Shown: positions 1 to 9,895, counted from the first letter of the stretch. The stretch: 64,000 nt of DNA from an uncultured bacterium (GCA_965552055.1 CBEVQO010000001.1:128001-192000), one strand, 5' to 3'. Notes: generated from the letters alone by a model not told the origin. Numbers and translations: made by a program.

Positions 1-152
1 TCTCTATAAAATTTAACCTTGGGATTTTCTTCTGGCAGGAATTTTGTGATGTCTGTTTCGAATTTGAGATTGCGAATCTGGTAGCCAAGTGCGAGCGTCA
101 ATCCCGCAGACAGTATAATCCACACCCATCTATATTTTAAAATTCTTTGCAT
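1..152 (-). CDS. MMPL/RND-family transporter, N-terminal fragment (runs off the window)
   Basis: Read manually: AAGGAGTG SD, then ATG at 152, MQRILKYRWVWIILSAGLTLALGYQIRNLKFETDITKFLPEENPKVKFYR (TM1 plus the L.F.TD...FLP...P pattern of MMPL-type RND proteins); downstream of a LolA-like gene. Confidence 0.75.
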   Translation of the reverse strand, partial: MQRILKYRWVWIILSAGLTLALGYQIRNLKFETDITKFLPEENPKVKFYR

Positions 153-163
153 ATTCACTCCTT

Positions 164-2149
164 TTAGAAGTTAAATTCTCCGAGTATCATTATCATATCT
201 TTGTCTTTGAAGTCGGTGAAGAATGTTTTTCCTTTTCCGTCGAAGAAAAATGCTCCTATTGTTATTTTGGCATCTTCATGTGGTTTAAATGTTATGCCTG
301 CTCCTGCCATCCAGCCATAATTATTCTTTATATCATCCCAATCTGCAATTTGTCCTCCTATATTAAATCCGAGTTTGTATTCACCATCTTTAAATTCTCT
401 TTCAAATCTTGTCATGAAAAAGTCGGTTAAATTATTCCGTTCTGTGAAAAAGCCGTGCATCCATTGGCAATTCATATAAATATCAAAAGGCAAAGTGTAA
501 TCAAATCCCAGAGTATATTTTAAATAGGGTTTGTCAAAGATAATACTATCATGCTCGATATAGGGATGAAGTGTGTCAAGTGGATTGGGATTGGGCATCA
601 TCATTTTCAGGGTATCTTTTTTCGGCAAGAACAATGCAAATTCACCCCATATCCCTGCTTTTAAAATCTCGCTCCTGAAATCCGCTCCAACTACTTTTAT
701 CGGTAAAAATCCATAGTAAAGCTTTTGAGGAACATAAGAAACATTTGGAGGAGTGCCCACCATCACCATATTCATCTTGTAAACATAAGGAAAATCATCA
801 TATCCTTTAAAGAATGAGAATGAAAAGTCAATTTTTTCAAGCGATGCTTTAAGTTTAACAGCATACATCATATTTTTTATTTTCTTTTCAGGGAATATCA
901 GGGTATCTTCAACATTTTGGAGGGTATCACCAAAAATTGGTTCTTTTGGCATCAAAACAGGTTTAATGGATGGCAATGTTACAAAATCAACGGCTATATT
1001 TTCTTTTAGCCAGTAAGTAAAGCTCATTGCTTCTGTTGGTATCTTTTCACCAAATTTTACAATATCCGAAAAATCATCCGGATTCAGGTTATCCGTTGGA
1101 CACAGTTTATCCGCTGTGCCCCATGCTATACGCTGTTTGCCAATCTTAAAGTCAAGATTCGGCAGTAAAAAGCCAGTTACAGAACAATATGCCTCCCATA
1201 CTGAAAATTCATAAGGATAACTTTTGTGAAGGAAAGATAAATCACTCAAATTATAAACCAAATTTTTATCCCAAAATCTAAACTTTGTGCTTACGAAAAT
1301 TTCTATATTTTCCTTCGGTAATGTCTGATATTTTATCATCAACTCATGAAAAGGAATCTCTGCCTGGGTTTTTTCCTTTATCAAAAATCTTTTATCATAT
1401 CTGAATTCGCCATTTATTGCATCATCTTCCCTTGGTGGTTGCTTCAAATATCTAATTGAGAAAAAGTTATCGGGAATCTCTTTATCAAATTCAATTTTTA
1501 CCTGCTTCATAATAGTTTTGTGATGGCGTTTTTTATCCCACATCTCTATTTCCGTCATCACCCAGTATTTTCCGATCTTCTTATATCCCTTATTGGTCAT
1601 AACTTTCCAGAGATTCCCTGCATCATCATAAAACTCAATCTTTTCGGGTAAATAATTTTCCTTCAGAACCCACATTTTCAAAATTTTGTAATCCTTTTTT
1701 GATTCAGGCTTTCTATGCAATTCCAGCACATAATATTTATTGGTTTCAGATATTAATTTTGCATCATAATCTTTTTTATAAGCACCCCTTTTCGATGCCA
1801 TATCGCTGTAAGAAAAGTCAGTTCCCTGAAATCTCTCTTTTTTAGCATGGGAAGCTATCCTTCTTACTTTCCTGAAAGCAGGCAGATACAGGTGAATCTG
1901 CTCTTTCGGGCTATCGGGATACCTTATTAGGAGACCCACTCCTCTCACAGCAGAAGGTGTTAAAAATTTCGTCATCATAAAATCTTCGCCCTTACGCCAC
2001 ATAGCCATCTTGCGGACTTCTCTGTCGCTACCATCTTCGTTCATCAGAATCATCTCACTAACAGAATACGCTGTCTTCGGTGCACTCAAAACATTCTCAA
2101 CACTATCAAGTATCTGTGATGCGGTAAGGGATATTAAGAATACTATCAT
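164..2149 (-). CDS. Fusion: LolA-like outer-membrane lipoprotein-sorting protein (N, ~235 aa) plus DUF1302-like outer-membrane beta-barrel (C)
   Basis: N-part LYLPAFRKVRRIAS...FQGTDFSYSD...FFSIRYLK; C-part GKQRIAWGTADK.CPTDNLNP, ending in barrel-type F (LGEFNF). Confidence 0.8.
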   Translation of the reverse strand: MIVFLISLTASQILDSVENVLSAPKTAYSVSEMILMNEDGSDREVRKMAMWRKGEDFMMTKFLTPSAVRGVGLLIRYPDSPKEQIHLYLPAFRKVRRIASHAKKERFQGTDFSYSDMASKRGAYKKDYDAKLISETNKYYVLELHRKPESKKDYKILKMWVLKENYLPEKIEFYDDAGNLWKVMTNKGYKKIGKYWVMTEIEMWDKKRHHKTIMKQVKIEFDKEIPDNFFSIRYLKQPPREDDAINGEFRYDKRFLIKEKTQAEIPFHELMIKYQTLPKENIEIFVSTKFRFWDKNLVYNLSDLSFLHKSYPYEFSVWEAYCSVTGFLLPNLDFKIGKQRIAWGTADKLCPTDNLNPDDFSDIVKFGEKIPTEAMSFTYWLKENIAVDFVTLPSIKPVLMPKEPIFGDTLQNVEDTLIFPEKKIKNMMYAVKLKASLEKIDFSFSFFKGYDDFPYVYKMNMVMVGTPPNVSYVPQKLYYGFLPIKVVGADFRSEILKAGIWGEFALFLPKKDTLKMMMPNPNPLDTLHPYIEHDSIIFDKPYLKYTLGFDYTLPFDIYMNCQWMHGFFTERNNLTDFFMTRFEREFKDGEYKLGFNIGGQIADWDDIKNNYGWMAGAGITFKPHEDAKITIGAFFFDGKGKTFFTDFKDKDMIMILGEFNF

Positions 2150-2763
2150 CTTGCCCCCCTTTTTAATATACCATTCAAATATATATCAGAAAGCACATTT
2201 ACACCTTCTTTTACATTTATCTTTTCACCAAGATAAACGCTCCTCATGAAAGAGAAAATCATACCGAAAAATGAAGATACACAATATTTTAATGGTAAAT
2301 CTTTTATCTTGCCCTGTTTAAAACCTTCCTTTATAATTTCACCAAAGATATTTTCACGCTTCTCAATGCCCTTACGCATCATATCCCTTATTTCACCGAA
2401 CTCATGAGGGTCAAACTGAGGGGGATAAAGGAAAAGCAATCTCATACCCTCCTTAAATTGATTTAATCCGCTGAGATACTGCCTTATGAGAGATTTTATC
2501 TTGTCTTCAAAACATGCTTTCATGCTCTTCACTCTCTTTAACATCTTCTCCTCTTTCTCAAGAGCAAGTTTCAAAGCCTCTTTGAACAATTCCTTTTTGT
2601 CTTTGAAATAAAAATAAATCGAAGATTTGGCAATACCACATTTGTTTGCAATCTCTTCCATACTCGCACCAAAGAAACCATCTCTTCCAAACACATAAAG
2701 CGACGCCTTGACTATCTCCCTCATCTTTAATTTCCGACTTTTGAGTCGAAAAGTTGACTTCAT
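2146..2763 (-). CDS. TetR/AcrR family transcriptional regulator (start 2763 or 2724)
   Basis: HTH GFFGASMEEIANKCGIAKSSIYFYFKDKKELF; the ORF-track start at 2799 lies inside the -35 box. Confidence 0.9.
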   Translation of the reverse strand: MKSTFRLKSRKLKMREIVKASLYVFGRDGFFGASMEEIANKCGIAKSSIYFYFKDKKELFKEALKLALEKEEKMLKRVKSMKACFEDKIKSLIRQYLSGLNQFKEGMRLLFLYPPQFDPHEFGEIRDMMRKGIEKRENIFGEIIKEGFKQGKIKDLPLKYCVSSFFGMIFSFMRSVYLGEKINVKEGVNVLSDIYLNGILKRGAR

Positions 2764-2769
2764 AGTCAA
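2735..2769. promoter_or_regulatory. Two tandem TetR-type operator palindromes
   Basis: CGACT-TTTG-AGTCG (2735-2748) and TTGACT-TCAT-AGTCAA (2754-2769), centres 20 bp apart, just downstream of the -10 box. Confidence 0.7.
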
Positions 2770-2772
2770 ATT

Positions 2773-2799
2773 ATTATACTGAAAATTCGAGTTTGTCAA
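2773..2799 (-). promoter_or_regulatory. sigma70-type promoter of the tetR operon
   Basis: TTGACA(2799-2794)-N15-TATAAT(2778-2773). Confidence 0.8.
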
Positions 2800-2808
2800 G
2801 CTGGAATT

Positions 2809-5800
2809 TTAATGAGTATGTGCCAGCCAGAAGCAGTAAACTTTGCCTTTCTTCGTCCCTATTACTATGCAACTGTCAGATACACTTATTGATGGCAAAG
2901 ATAAGATTACGCTTCCCGTGTTGTATTTCCATATCAATTCGCCTGTCTCCTTGTTAATTGCATAGAAGAAGCCGTTATCCGCACCAAAATAACAAACTTT
3001 ATTCCAGACAATCGGGAGTGCATGAATGGGAGAACCTGCATCAAATGGATATGTTGTCCAGCCGTAAGGATTCTGGTTGCCAAGTGTATCCACCACCCAT
3101 AATTTTCCTCCTACATCCACAAAATAGATGTAGCGACCAGGTACAAAGAAATCCTGCCAGCACATTGTGTGAATCCCGGAGGAAGGATTTGTAAATGTCC
3201 AGACTACATTGAAGTTGGTAAAATCGATGCAATAAAAATCAGTACCATAACTTCCGACATAAATTTTATCAGAATAAAAATCATACCATGGAGCTGCTTT
3301 TACATCGCCTCCCAGTGCTTTAGCACCAGTCCAGTCTCCGTTTTCTGCGTTTATTTTAAATAAAGTATCGATATCGGAGCCTATTGCAATACTATTTGCC
3401 GATTTGTTTACACATGGTGAAGAACATATACTGCCATTTGTTGAGTAAGGTGTATTCCATGCTTCCTGACCGTTTGTTGCATTTAAAGCGTATATATTGC
3501 CATCAGATGCACCAAAATAAACTCTGTCGCCATCGGATATCACTGCACCAACTATCGCACCAGGCACATCGTAGGACCATAACACATTTGGGGAATTGCC
3601 CTCATCTTCAATTGCATAAACTTTAGCGTTTACACCATAAGTACCAAGGTAAATTTTGCCACCAAAATATGATGGTATGCCTCTTATTGCACCCGATAAT
3701 TTAAGCGTCCATATTGTATCTCCTGTATTTATATCCAGAGCATAAAATTTCCCGAGCTCATCCCCTATGTAGCATCTTCCGTTGTAAATTATAGCTGATG
3801 ACCTTATTTCTCCTATGTATTTATCTTTTTGTTCGGGATAAATCCACCTAACACTGCCAAATTTTTCAGACCACTCAATGACACCTCCTTCCTCAAATTC
3901 GTAATTTTCACCTGTTGCTTCACCGCCGTGATTTATTACCCACAAAGTATCCCCGTTTTTCAACCAGATGTTGTATTTGCATGAACTGTCGGAGAAGGTC
4001 AATCCATTGAATGTGTCTTTAAATGTTGAGGATGTTTTTCTTATCAATTTTAAGTAAACTCCATCTGATTTTATCTTACCAAAGTAAATATTGTCGAATG
4101 CTATTATGTTTGTGAGAGAATCTATTAAGAAAGTATCGACTCCTTCTATTACCAGATGTTGTATATTGAGGTCGTTTTTTATCTGTTTAATAACAAAGTA
4201 ATCATTTTGTGATGTGCTTATTATCTCCGGTGGAGCTAAGCCCTGTGCAGTGAAATCGCCTTCAATTATTGCTTTATTGCCGAGATAAAGCTTTGCACCG
4301 TCTTTTAATGTTAATTTGCCCTGAGATGTTACATGAAGGGAATCAAAAATTTTCACAGTGGAAGTGGAGTCAAAAATTAATTTTCCTGTTAGATAAAGAC
4401 CTTTTGTTTCTACATCGTATCCATTAAGGTTAAAGCAACATCCCGAGCCTATTTTTATGAATCCGACATGTGTTAAATCTTGCATAAGTTTTAAAGTATC
4501 GCAATTTGGTGGTAATGTTTTGATTCCTACATTTTTGTAAATGCCTCCTCCTTTTAACACTGCTGATTTGCAGAATACGAGTTCGGGATAGGTATCCATT
4601 GAATCTTCCGCTATAATCACTCCTTTATTTATGAATTCTTTTGTTTCCCTGAAATAAAAGCATATATTATCACCTGATTCTATTCTCAATGTGCAACCTG
4701 CGGGTATTATTACTTTTTCGCTTTCAAATACGAATTTGCCATACCACATACCACTTCCTTTCAATGTGCAAATTTCTGATTCTACTAGGAAAGAGTCATT
4801 TGCCACACCATAAGTTCTGATGAGTCCATCGTTTTTGATTGAAGTTCCTGCGAAGATAAATCCCCCTGAATTATTATTTATCCAGAGTGTACATGGCTGG
4901 TCAATAACCAGATTATTACTGTAGGAAATATCGCTTAAAGATGAGCACTTCTTCCTTGTTGCATCTTCCTGGATAAATACCTTTGAATAAGGGGGGGTGG
5001 ACATTGGAGTCTCATCGGAATCCCAGTTTCCCGGTGTATGCCAGTTATTGCTGATGTCACCTTCCCAGAAATAAGGTTCTCCCTTTGTATAGAAGGAGTC
5101 AATGATGGATGTTCTATTACCGACGCAATCTTTATACCATACTCTGTATTTGTATTTGGTTTTGCCGAGAAGTGGAGGTGTTGGTGACCATGTTGTATCT
5201 TCATCCCATCCCCATTTTTGATATTCCGGACTGCTGGTTATTATTGCATTACCTGAGTCAAGTTGCACACCATGATAAATTGGACCCGGTGAGTTATCGC
5301 TACCATAGCTGAAGATGATAGCGGGATTCCTTGGCACTTTATTCAGCAAAGAATAATGGGGATAAATTGTGAAAAGATTGGTCGGGTTTGCGTTATCCAG
5401 AACGAGTTCTATTTTTCTTTTTCCCTTTAAATCCTTTCTGTAAGCGGTTATTGTGATTTCTGTTTCCGCTGGGTCTCCCTGGTCTATTTTATAAACAAGG
5501 AAATAAGGTGCACCATTTTTATCTTTTGGAGTGTCACCAAACGCGGTGCTACCGACTACGGAGTCAAGTGTAGAATCTGATGAAACAAAGATAGTGCATT
5601 GAGTAGCATTTGGTATATTGGGTGTATTATCTGTCCTGTAATAAATTTTGAGCCATGGATAAGCAGAATAAACTCTTGCATAGGTGTGCTTTGCCCATTT
5701 GATGCTGTCTATGTAAACAGATAGTTTTGCTGTCTTAAAAGAATCGCATCCAGCTACATCTGCTGACCTGCCGCACCATATAGAGATGTTACCACCTTTA

Positions 5801-8262
5801 TCCTTTGCCCTTACTCTCCAGTAATATTTCATATCGGATTTTAACTTTGTGGTGCATACCCACATTGTATCTGTGAACCATGGTGAAGTAATGAGATTTA
5901 CCGAATTGAAATCTTTTGTTGTATCAAGCTGTATCTGATATGCTTCGACACCAAGTGGGTCTTCTGCTTTGCTTACGAACAAAATAGGTTGTATCGCTAT
6001 GTCCGAATCGTTAGAAGCAGGGGTTGATAGTTTTACGCCTGTAGGCGGTAGTGTATCGCACATTATATAGATTGAATCTCTGGCGGTTTGACCGCCATTT
6101 AGATGGGTATAAGAGGTAACAGTGAGCCAGCCCCATTTCTTTACACCCTGTTCTATTGAATATTGTAGAGAAAATGGTTTTATAGTATCTTTTGGTCTAT
6201 CAGCAAAGAATTCTTCGCCTACAACAGAATCTGAGCCAATGCTCGTAATGTAAAGCGTGAAGACAGCAGGTCCTATTGCTCCATAATAAAGTGTATCGTT
6301 CTGGAAGACAAGATAATCATAATTCTCTTTCAGTGAATCGATTATGCATCGCAAATTGGGGTCCCATTTGAGAGTGAGGTCTTTTAATACTGGTTCTGTT
6401 CCGTCGGCATTATGGTCGAATCTCAAAAATATTCTTATAGTGTCGTAAATTTCCGGGTCAAAATGATAAATATCAAGTGTATTTACATAGCAGAAAGGTG
6501 TAGCATCTTTCCATTCGCCTGTTTCCTTATACTGCAATTTTATACCGATTGAATCACCTGTATTTGAACTAATAATTATTTTATCCCATGAAATTGGAGT
6601 TTTAGGATGATTGTTAAAGATGATTGCAGGTGTAGTTAATTCACCCCAATTTGTATTTCCAGTGATAAATACAAAATCAATACCAACAGAATTAGCAGAA
6701 TCTTGATCAGCATACTTATATTGGAAGCCGATGTGTACAGGATACCAGTCATCGAAGGTAGAAATATCATGAGACATAAGTTCCCATACATGGTCAGGTT
6801 CGACCCAGTTATCGTATAGATGAATCTGTTGCCAAGAATTTTGGCTGTCACCCGATATTTTTACTAATAAAGAATCATGCCAGTTATATCGTTGAAATAG
6901 AGCAAATTTTAAAACACAGTTTGAGACTCCTTTCAGATTTAAAGTTGGCGAGATAAGCCATTTATTAAGAGTCACGAAATCTTCATATTCATGGATTGCC
7001 GCAAGCTTGCCATAAGTTGTGGTGTTAGGTGCTGCGAAATCTCCTCTATTCCAGTACTTTGTAGCGGTTTCATTTTGTCCGCTCTTCTGTGTCCAATATC
7101 GCGGAGCAGGTAAATTATCAGGAGGACCAGAAATCCAAGGTTCTTCAAAACTTTCAGGTCCAAATATAGTATCAAGAGAAGGAGGTCGCAAAATGGTAGA
7201 ATCTTTTAAAACTTTCAAGCCGCAAGATGGATTATCGTCGAATATTTGACCATCTTTTGTTTGATGCCAATCTTCGAAAGATAAAGAGGTATTTATCGTG
7301 AAACTAAAAACTTCTGACCAATTTCCCCATTGCCCTGTGCCAGCAGGATCTTTTGCTCGCACTTTCCAGAAATAAGTTTTTCCATTAAGTAAGACTCCGG
7401 TTGCGAAAAGGTACGAAGCCGTGTCTCCACTCGCATAAAGAAGAGTAGTATCACTATCCGCGGTTTGAAAATCAAAGAGAGTATCCCAACAAATTTGATA
7501 TCTTACCTGCTGGCCTTCAGGATCAGTAGTGGTAAAATATAATCTTACGGTATCATAATAAACTCTTATATTTTCAAAAGGAGCCAATAACTTTGGAGGA
7601 TTTGGAGGATGTCCAATATAATATACTACTGCCCTGATGCAAATATCATCATCTACTAAATACCAAGTTGAATGATCGGTAGAGAAATAAGACCTTAAAT
7701 CATCTCCCACTCCATCTCCACATATAAAAACATCTCGGTTTCCTAATAAACTTTTTTGAGTTAGGCAAAAAGTGGTAATCCAAAAATCGGATGTTACTAC
7801 AGGTTTTGTACTACTAGGAACCCAGTACCAATAGACACCCGTTTGGTTATTTTGGTAAAATACTTTGTCGAGAATTGTCCCAGGGAAACTGTTGTTATCT
7901 GTTCTTATGTACATCGTGTCATCGAAAATAGGAGAAAGAGAAGCAGAATAAATGCAAATCAATGCACCCAGAATAGTGCAAGCTTCCTGCGGAGTAAACC
8001 TTACACCCCAATATTCGGTAGAAGCATCAGAGTGCCAGCCTGTAGCTGAACCTGTGTCATATTCTATAGTATCCAAGGGATACCCCTTTGTAGGAGACAA
8101 AATTTGAATTTGAGGTTTCTTTAATAACTCTCTTAATTCTTTTAATTTCTCATCTTTCTTTAATTGATTTAATAAAATCTTTTTCATAGGTGGTTTTTCA
8201 GGTGCATTTTCTTTTAAGAGAAATGCACAGAGAAATATTAAACTTAACCCTACCCCATTCAT
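2809..8262 (-). CDS. Large secreted/surface multidomain protein (three FN3-like modules, adhesin/MAM-like domain, beta-helix-like region, C-terminal PQQ-type beta-propeller)
   Basis: Signal-like N-terminus; repeats YFWKVRAKD, YYWRVRAKD, YKYRVWYKD; WLISPTLNL; W.G....W....NW motif; repeated G..YAL...TG...W blades at the C-terminus. Confidence 0.75.
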   Translation of the reverse strand: MNGVGLSLIFLCAFLLKENAPEKPPMKKILLNQLKKDEKLKELRELLKKPQIQILSPTKGYPLDTIEYDTGSATGWHSDASTEYWGVRFTPQEACTILGALICIYSASLSPIFDDTMYIRTDNNSFPGTILDKVFYQNNQTGVYWYWVPSSTKPVVTSDFWITTFCLTQKSLLGNRDVFICGDGVGDDLRSYFSTDHSTWYLVDDDICIRAVVYYIGHPPNPPKLLAPFENIRVYYDTVRLYFTTTDPEGQQVRYQICWDTLFDFQTADSDTTLLYASGDTASYLFATGVLLNGKTYFWKVRAKDPAGTGQWGNWSEVFSFTINTSLSFEDWHQTKDGQIFDDNPSCGLKVLKDSTILRPPSLDTIFGPESFEEPWISGPPDNLPAPRYWTQKSGQNETATKYWNRGDFAAPNTTTYGKLAAIHEYEDFVTLNKWLISPTLNLKGVSNCVLKFALFQRYNWHDSLLVKISGDSQNSWQQIHLYDNWVEPDHVWELMSHDISTFDDWYPVHIGFQYKYADQDSANSVGIDFVFITGNTNWGELTTPAIIFNNHPKTPISWDKIIISSNTGDSIGIKLQYKETGEWKDATPFCYVNTLDIYHFDPEIYDTIRIFLRFDHNADGTEPVLKDLTLKWDPNLRCIIDSLKENYDYLVFQNDTLYYGAIGPAVFTLYITSIGSDSVVGEEFFADRPKDTIKPFSLQYSIEQGVKKWGWLTVTSYTHLNGGQTARDSIYIMCDTLPPTGVKLSTPASNDSDIAIQPILFVSKAEDPLGVEAYQIQLDTTKDFNSVNLITSPWFTDTMWVCTTKLKSDMKYYWRVRAKDKGGNISIWCGRSADVAGCDSFKTAKLSVYIDSIKWAKHTYARVYSAYPWLKIYYRTDNTPNIPNATQCTIFVSSDSTLDSVVGSTAFGDTPKDKNGAPYFLVYKIDQGDPAETEITITAYRKDLKGKRKIELVLDNANPTNLFTIYPHYSLLNKVPRNPAIIFSYGSDNSPGPIYHGVQLDSGNAIITSSPEYQKWGWDEDTTWSPTPPLLGKTKYKYRVWYKDCVGNRTSIIDSFYTKGEPYFWEGDISNNWHTPGNWDSDETPMSTPPYSKVFIQEDATRKKCSSLSDISYSNNLVIDQPCTLWINNNSGGFIFAGTSIKNDGLIRTYGVANDSFLVESEICTLKGSGMWYGKFVFESEKVIIPAGCTLRIESGDNICFYFRETKEFINKGVIIAEDSMDTYPELVFCKSAVLKGGGIYKNVGIKTLPPNCDTLKLMQDLTHVGFIKIGSGCCFNLNGYDVETKGLYLTGKLIFDSTSTVKIFDSLHVTSQGKLTLKDGAKLYLGNKAIIEGDFTAQGLAPPEIISTSQNDYFVIKQIKNDLNIQHLVIEGVDTFLIDSLTNIIAFDNIYFGKIKSDGVYLKLIRKTSSTFKDTFNGLTFSDSSCKYNIWLKNGDTLWVINHGGEATGENYEFEEGGVIEWSEKFGSVRWIYPEQKDKYIGEIRSSAIIYNGRCYIGDELGKFYALDINTGDTIWTLKLSGAIRGIPSYFGGKIYLGTYGVNAKVYAIEDEGNSPNVLWSYDVPGAIVGAVISDGDRVYFGASDGNIYALNATNGQEAWNTPYSTNGSICSSPCVNKSANSIAIGSDIDTLFKINAENGDWTGAKALGGDVKAAPWYDFYSDKIYVGSYGTDFYCIDFTNFNVVWTFTNPSSGIHTMCWQDFFVPGRYIYFVDVGGKLWVVDTLGNQNPYGWTTYPFDAGSPIHALPIVWNKVCYFGADNGFFYAINKETGELIWKYNTGSVILSLPSISVSDSCIVIGTKKGKVYCFWLAHTH

Positions 8263-8273
8263 CCTTCTTGGTT

Positions 8274-8301
8274 AATTTAATTCAAATTTTTCAATTGTCA
8301 A
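8274..8301 (-). promoter_or_regulatory. sigma70-type promoter of the large surface protein gene
   Basis: TTGACA(8301-8296)-N16-TAAATT(8279-8274). Confidence 0.6.
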
Positions 8302-8345
8302 GAAAAAATTTATCAAATTTTATCTTTTTTATCTTTAAAAATGGG

Positions 8346-8373
8346 TTGACAAAATAAAAATACAAAATATAAT
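8346..8373 (+). promoter_or_regulatory. sigma70-type promoter
   Basis: TTGACA(8346-8351)-N16-TATAAT(8368-8373). Confidence 0.75.
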
Positions 8374-8387
8374 TATGGGGACAGAAA

Positions 8388-9158
8388 TTGAATAAGATAG
8401 GGATAATAGGTGCAGGTAGAGCAGGAACTGCTTTTGGATATTCACTTCATCTTTCGGGTTATAAAATAATTGCTTTTCTGGAAAAAAATGAAATCAATGC
8501 AAAAAAATTTATGCAACTTACAGAATGTAAAAATTGGGAAAAGACCCCTTCTCAAATCTTTAAAGAATGTGATATCCTGTTTTTTACTTTGCCCGATGAT
8601 TTAATTGAAAAGATAAGTAATGAAATGTGGGAAAATGATTTTATAAATGAAAATGTGTTTTTGTTTCATGCAAGCGGTGCTTTGCCTTCTTCTATTTTAC
8701 CGGGTAAAAGAAGAGCATCAATTCATCCCTGTATCTCCATAAATTTTGAGAAATTCCCTGAAAATACAAATTTTGTGATAGAAGGAGATGAGGTAGCCAT
8801 TGAGAAAGCAAAAGAAATCGTTGAAAAATTGAAAGGCAAATATTACATAATAGATAAAGATAAAAAGTTGCTTTATCATTCTGCACTCTGTTTTGTATCG
8901 CCTTTCTGTTATACTCTTTTGCTAATCGGTGAAAAAATATTGAGAGATTTGAATTTGCCACAAAATTTGATTTGCGATTTATTTATGAGTATATGTAGAA
9001 ATTTGAAGGAGAAAGGAATTAGGGAGAGCATGACGGGTCCTCATTTGCGAGGCGATGTGAATTTGATAAAAAAGGAGATTGATGAATTAAAGAAAAAATA
9101 TCCTCAATTTTCAGAAATTTATCGTCTTCTTACGGATGCACTATTTAAATTGAAATAG
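8388..9158 (+). CDS. Rossmann-like/DUF2520 oxidoreductase (PanG-like putative ketopantoate reductase)
   Basis: IGIIGAGRAG, PDD, HASGA, SIHP, KLLYHSA, MTGPHLRGD motifs. Confidence 0.8.
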   Translation: MNKIGIIGAGRAGTAFGYSLHLSGYKIIAFLEKNEINAKKFMQLTECKNWEKTPSQIFKECDILFFTLPDDLIEKISNEMWENDFINENVFLFHASGALPSSILPGKRRASIHPCISINFEKFPENTNFVIEGDEVAIEKAKEIVEKLKGKYYIIDKDKKLLYHSALCFVSPFCYTLLLIGEKILRDLNLPQNLICDLFMSICRNLKEKGIRESMTGPHLRGDVNLIKKEIDELKKKYPQFSEIYRLLTDALFKLK

Positions 9159-9815
9159 CTTTTGCAATTCCTTTGCGAGAGATAAAATTTCACTCGCATC
9201 CTTTTCATCTATTTCAGCATCATAATCATATCTTGCGCTATTCCTTATCTTCAGTGCTTTTTTCAATCTTTTTGCAATTTCTTTTGAAATTTTACCTTTT
9301 TTGCATAGTAATTCTTCCATTTCGTCCAATAATAATGCTTTTATCATCAATTCGCATGCATTATATCCAGTATCGCACACTATTCTGTATTTTTCTTTTC
9401 TGAAAAGCATTTCTGCTGTTTCGAGGTATTCCTTTGCCAATAAAAATAATTTTTCCTTAACTTCTCTTTTTATTTCCTCATCGCCCATAGTATAAACCTC
9501 CTTTCCATATTTTTTAACAGTGTAAATGAAATAATTTGGGATATACCATTTAATCACGGGGTAAACAAGAGTTTCTATTACTTCTCTCTTTTCCATCATT
9601 AAGTCAAAAGATATATCATCTACTTTTTCTTCTAACTTTTTCCTTTCCTTTTCGGAGCCGAATGCAAAAATCAAGATATCAATATCGCTATCAGATGTGG
9701 GAGTACCCTCTGCTACACTACCGTATAGTAAAATTTTTGCTATTTTATCTGTAGAATGAGTTATTCTTTTGACGAATTCTTCAACGACATTCAATTTTTT
9801 AGAGAGTATTTTCAT
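9141..9815 (-). CDS. MNT (minimal nucleotidyltransferase)-HEPN fusion protein
   Basis: LYGSVAEG..TSDSDIDIL followed in frame by HEPN-like AKEYLETAE...YNACELMIKALLL...IRNSARYD; start placed at ATG 9815 behind its promoter. Confidence 0.8.
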   Translation of the reverse strand: MKILSKKLNVVEEFVKRITHSTDKIAKILLYGSVAEGTPTSDSDIDILIFAFGSEKERKKLEEKVDDISFDLMMEKREVIETLVYPVIKWYIPNYFIYTVKKYGKEVYTMGDEEIKREVKEKLFLLAKEYLETAEMLFRKEKYRIVCDTGYNACELMIKALLLDEMEELLCKKGKISKEIAKRLKKALKIRNSARYDYDAEIDEKDASEILSLAKELQKLFQFK

Positions 9816-9820
9816 CTTAT

Positions 9821-9848
9821 ATTTTACTGGATTAACTGAAAAAGTCAA
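9821..9848 (-). promoter_or_regulatory. Promoter of MNT-HEPN (leaderless geometry)
   Basis: TTGACT(9848-9843)-N16-TAAAAT(9826-9821)-5 nt-ATG. Confidence 0.7.
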
Positions 9849-9866
9849 CTTAATTTTGAAAAAAGC

Positions 9867-9893
9867 TTGACAAAATAAAATTTTGATTATTTT
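9867..9893 (+). promoter_or_regulatory. Promoter of the rplM operon
   Basis: TTGACA(9867-9872)-N15-TATTTT(9888-9893); ATGs at 9896/9902, no SD. Confidence 0.6.
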
Positions 9894-9895
9894 TA

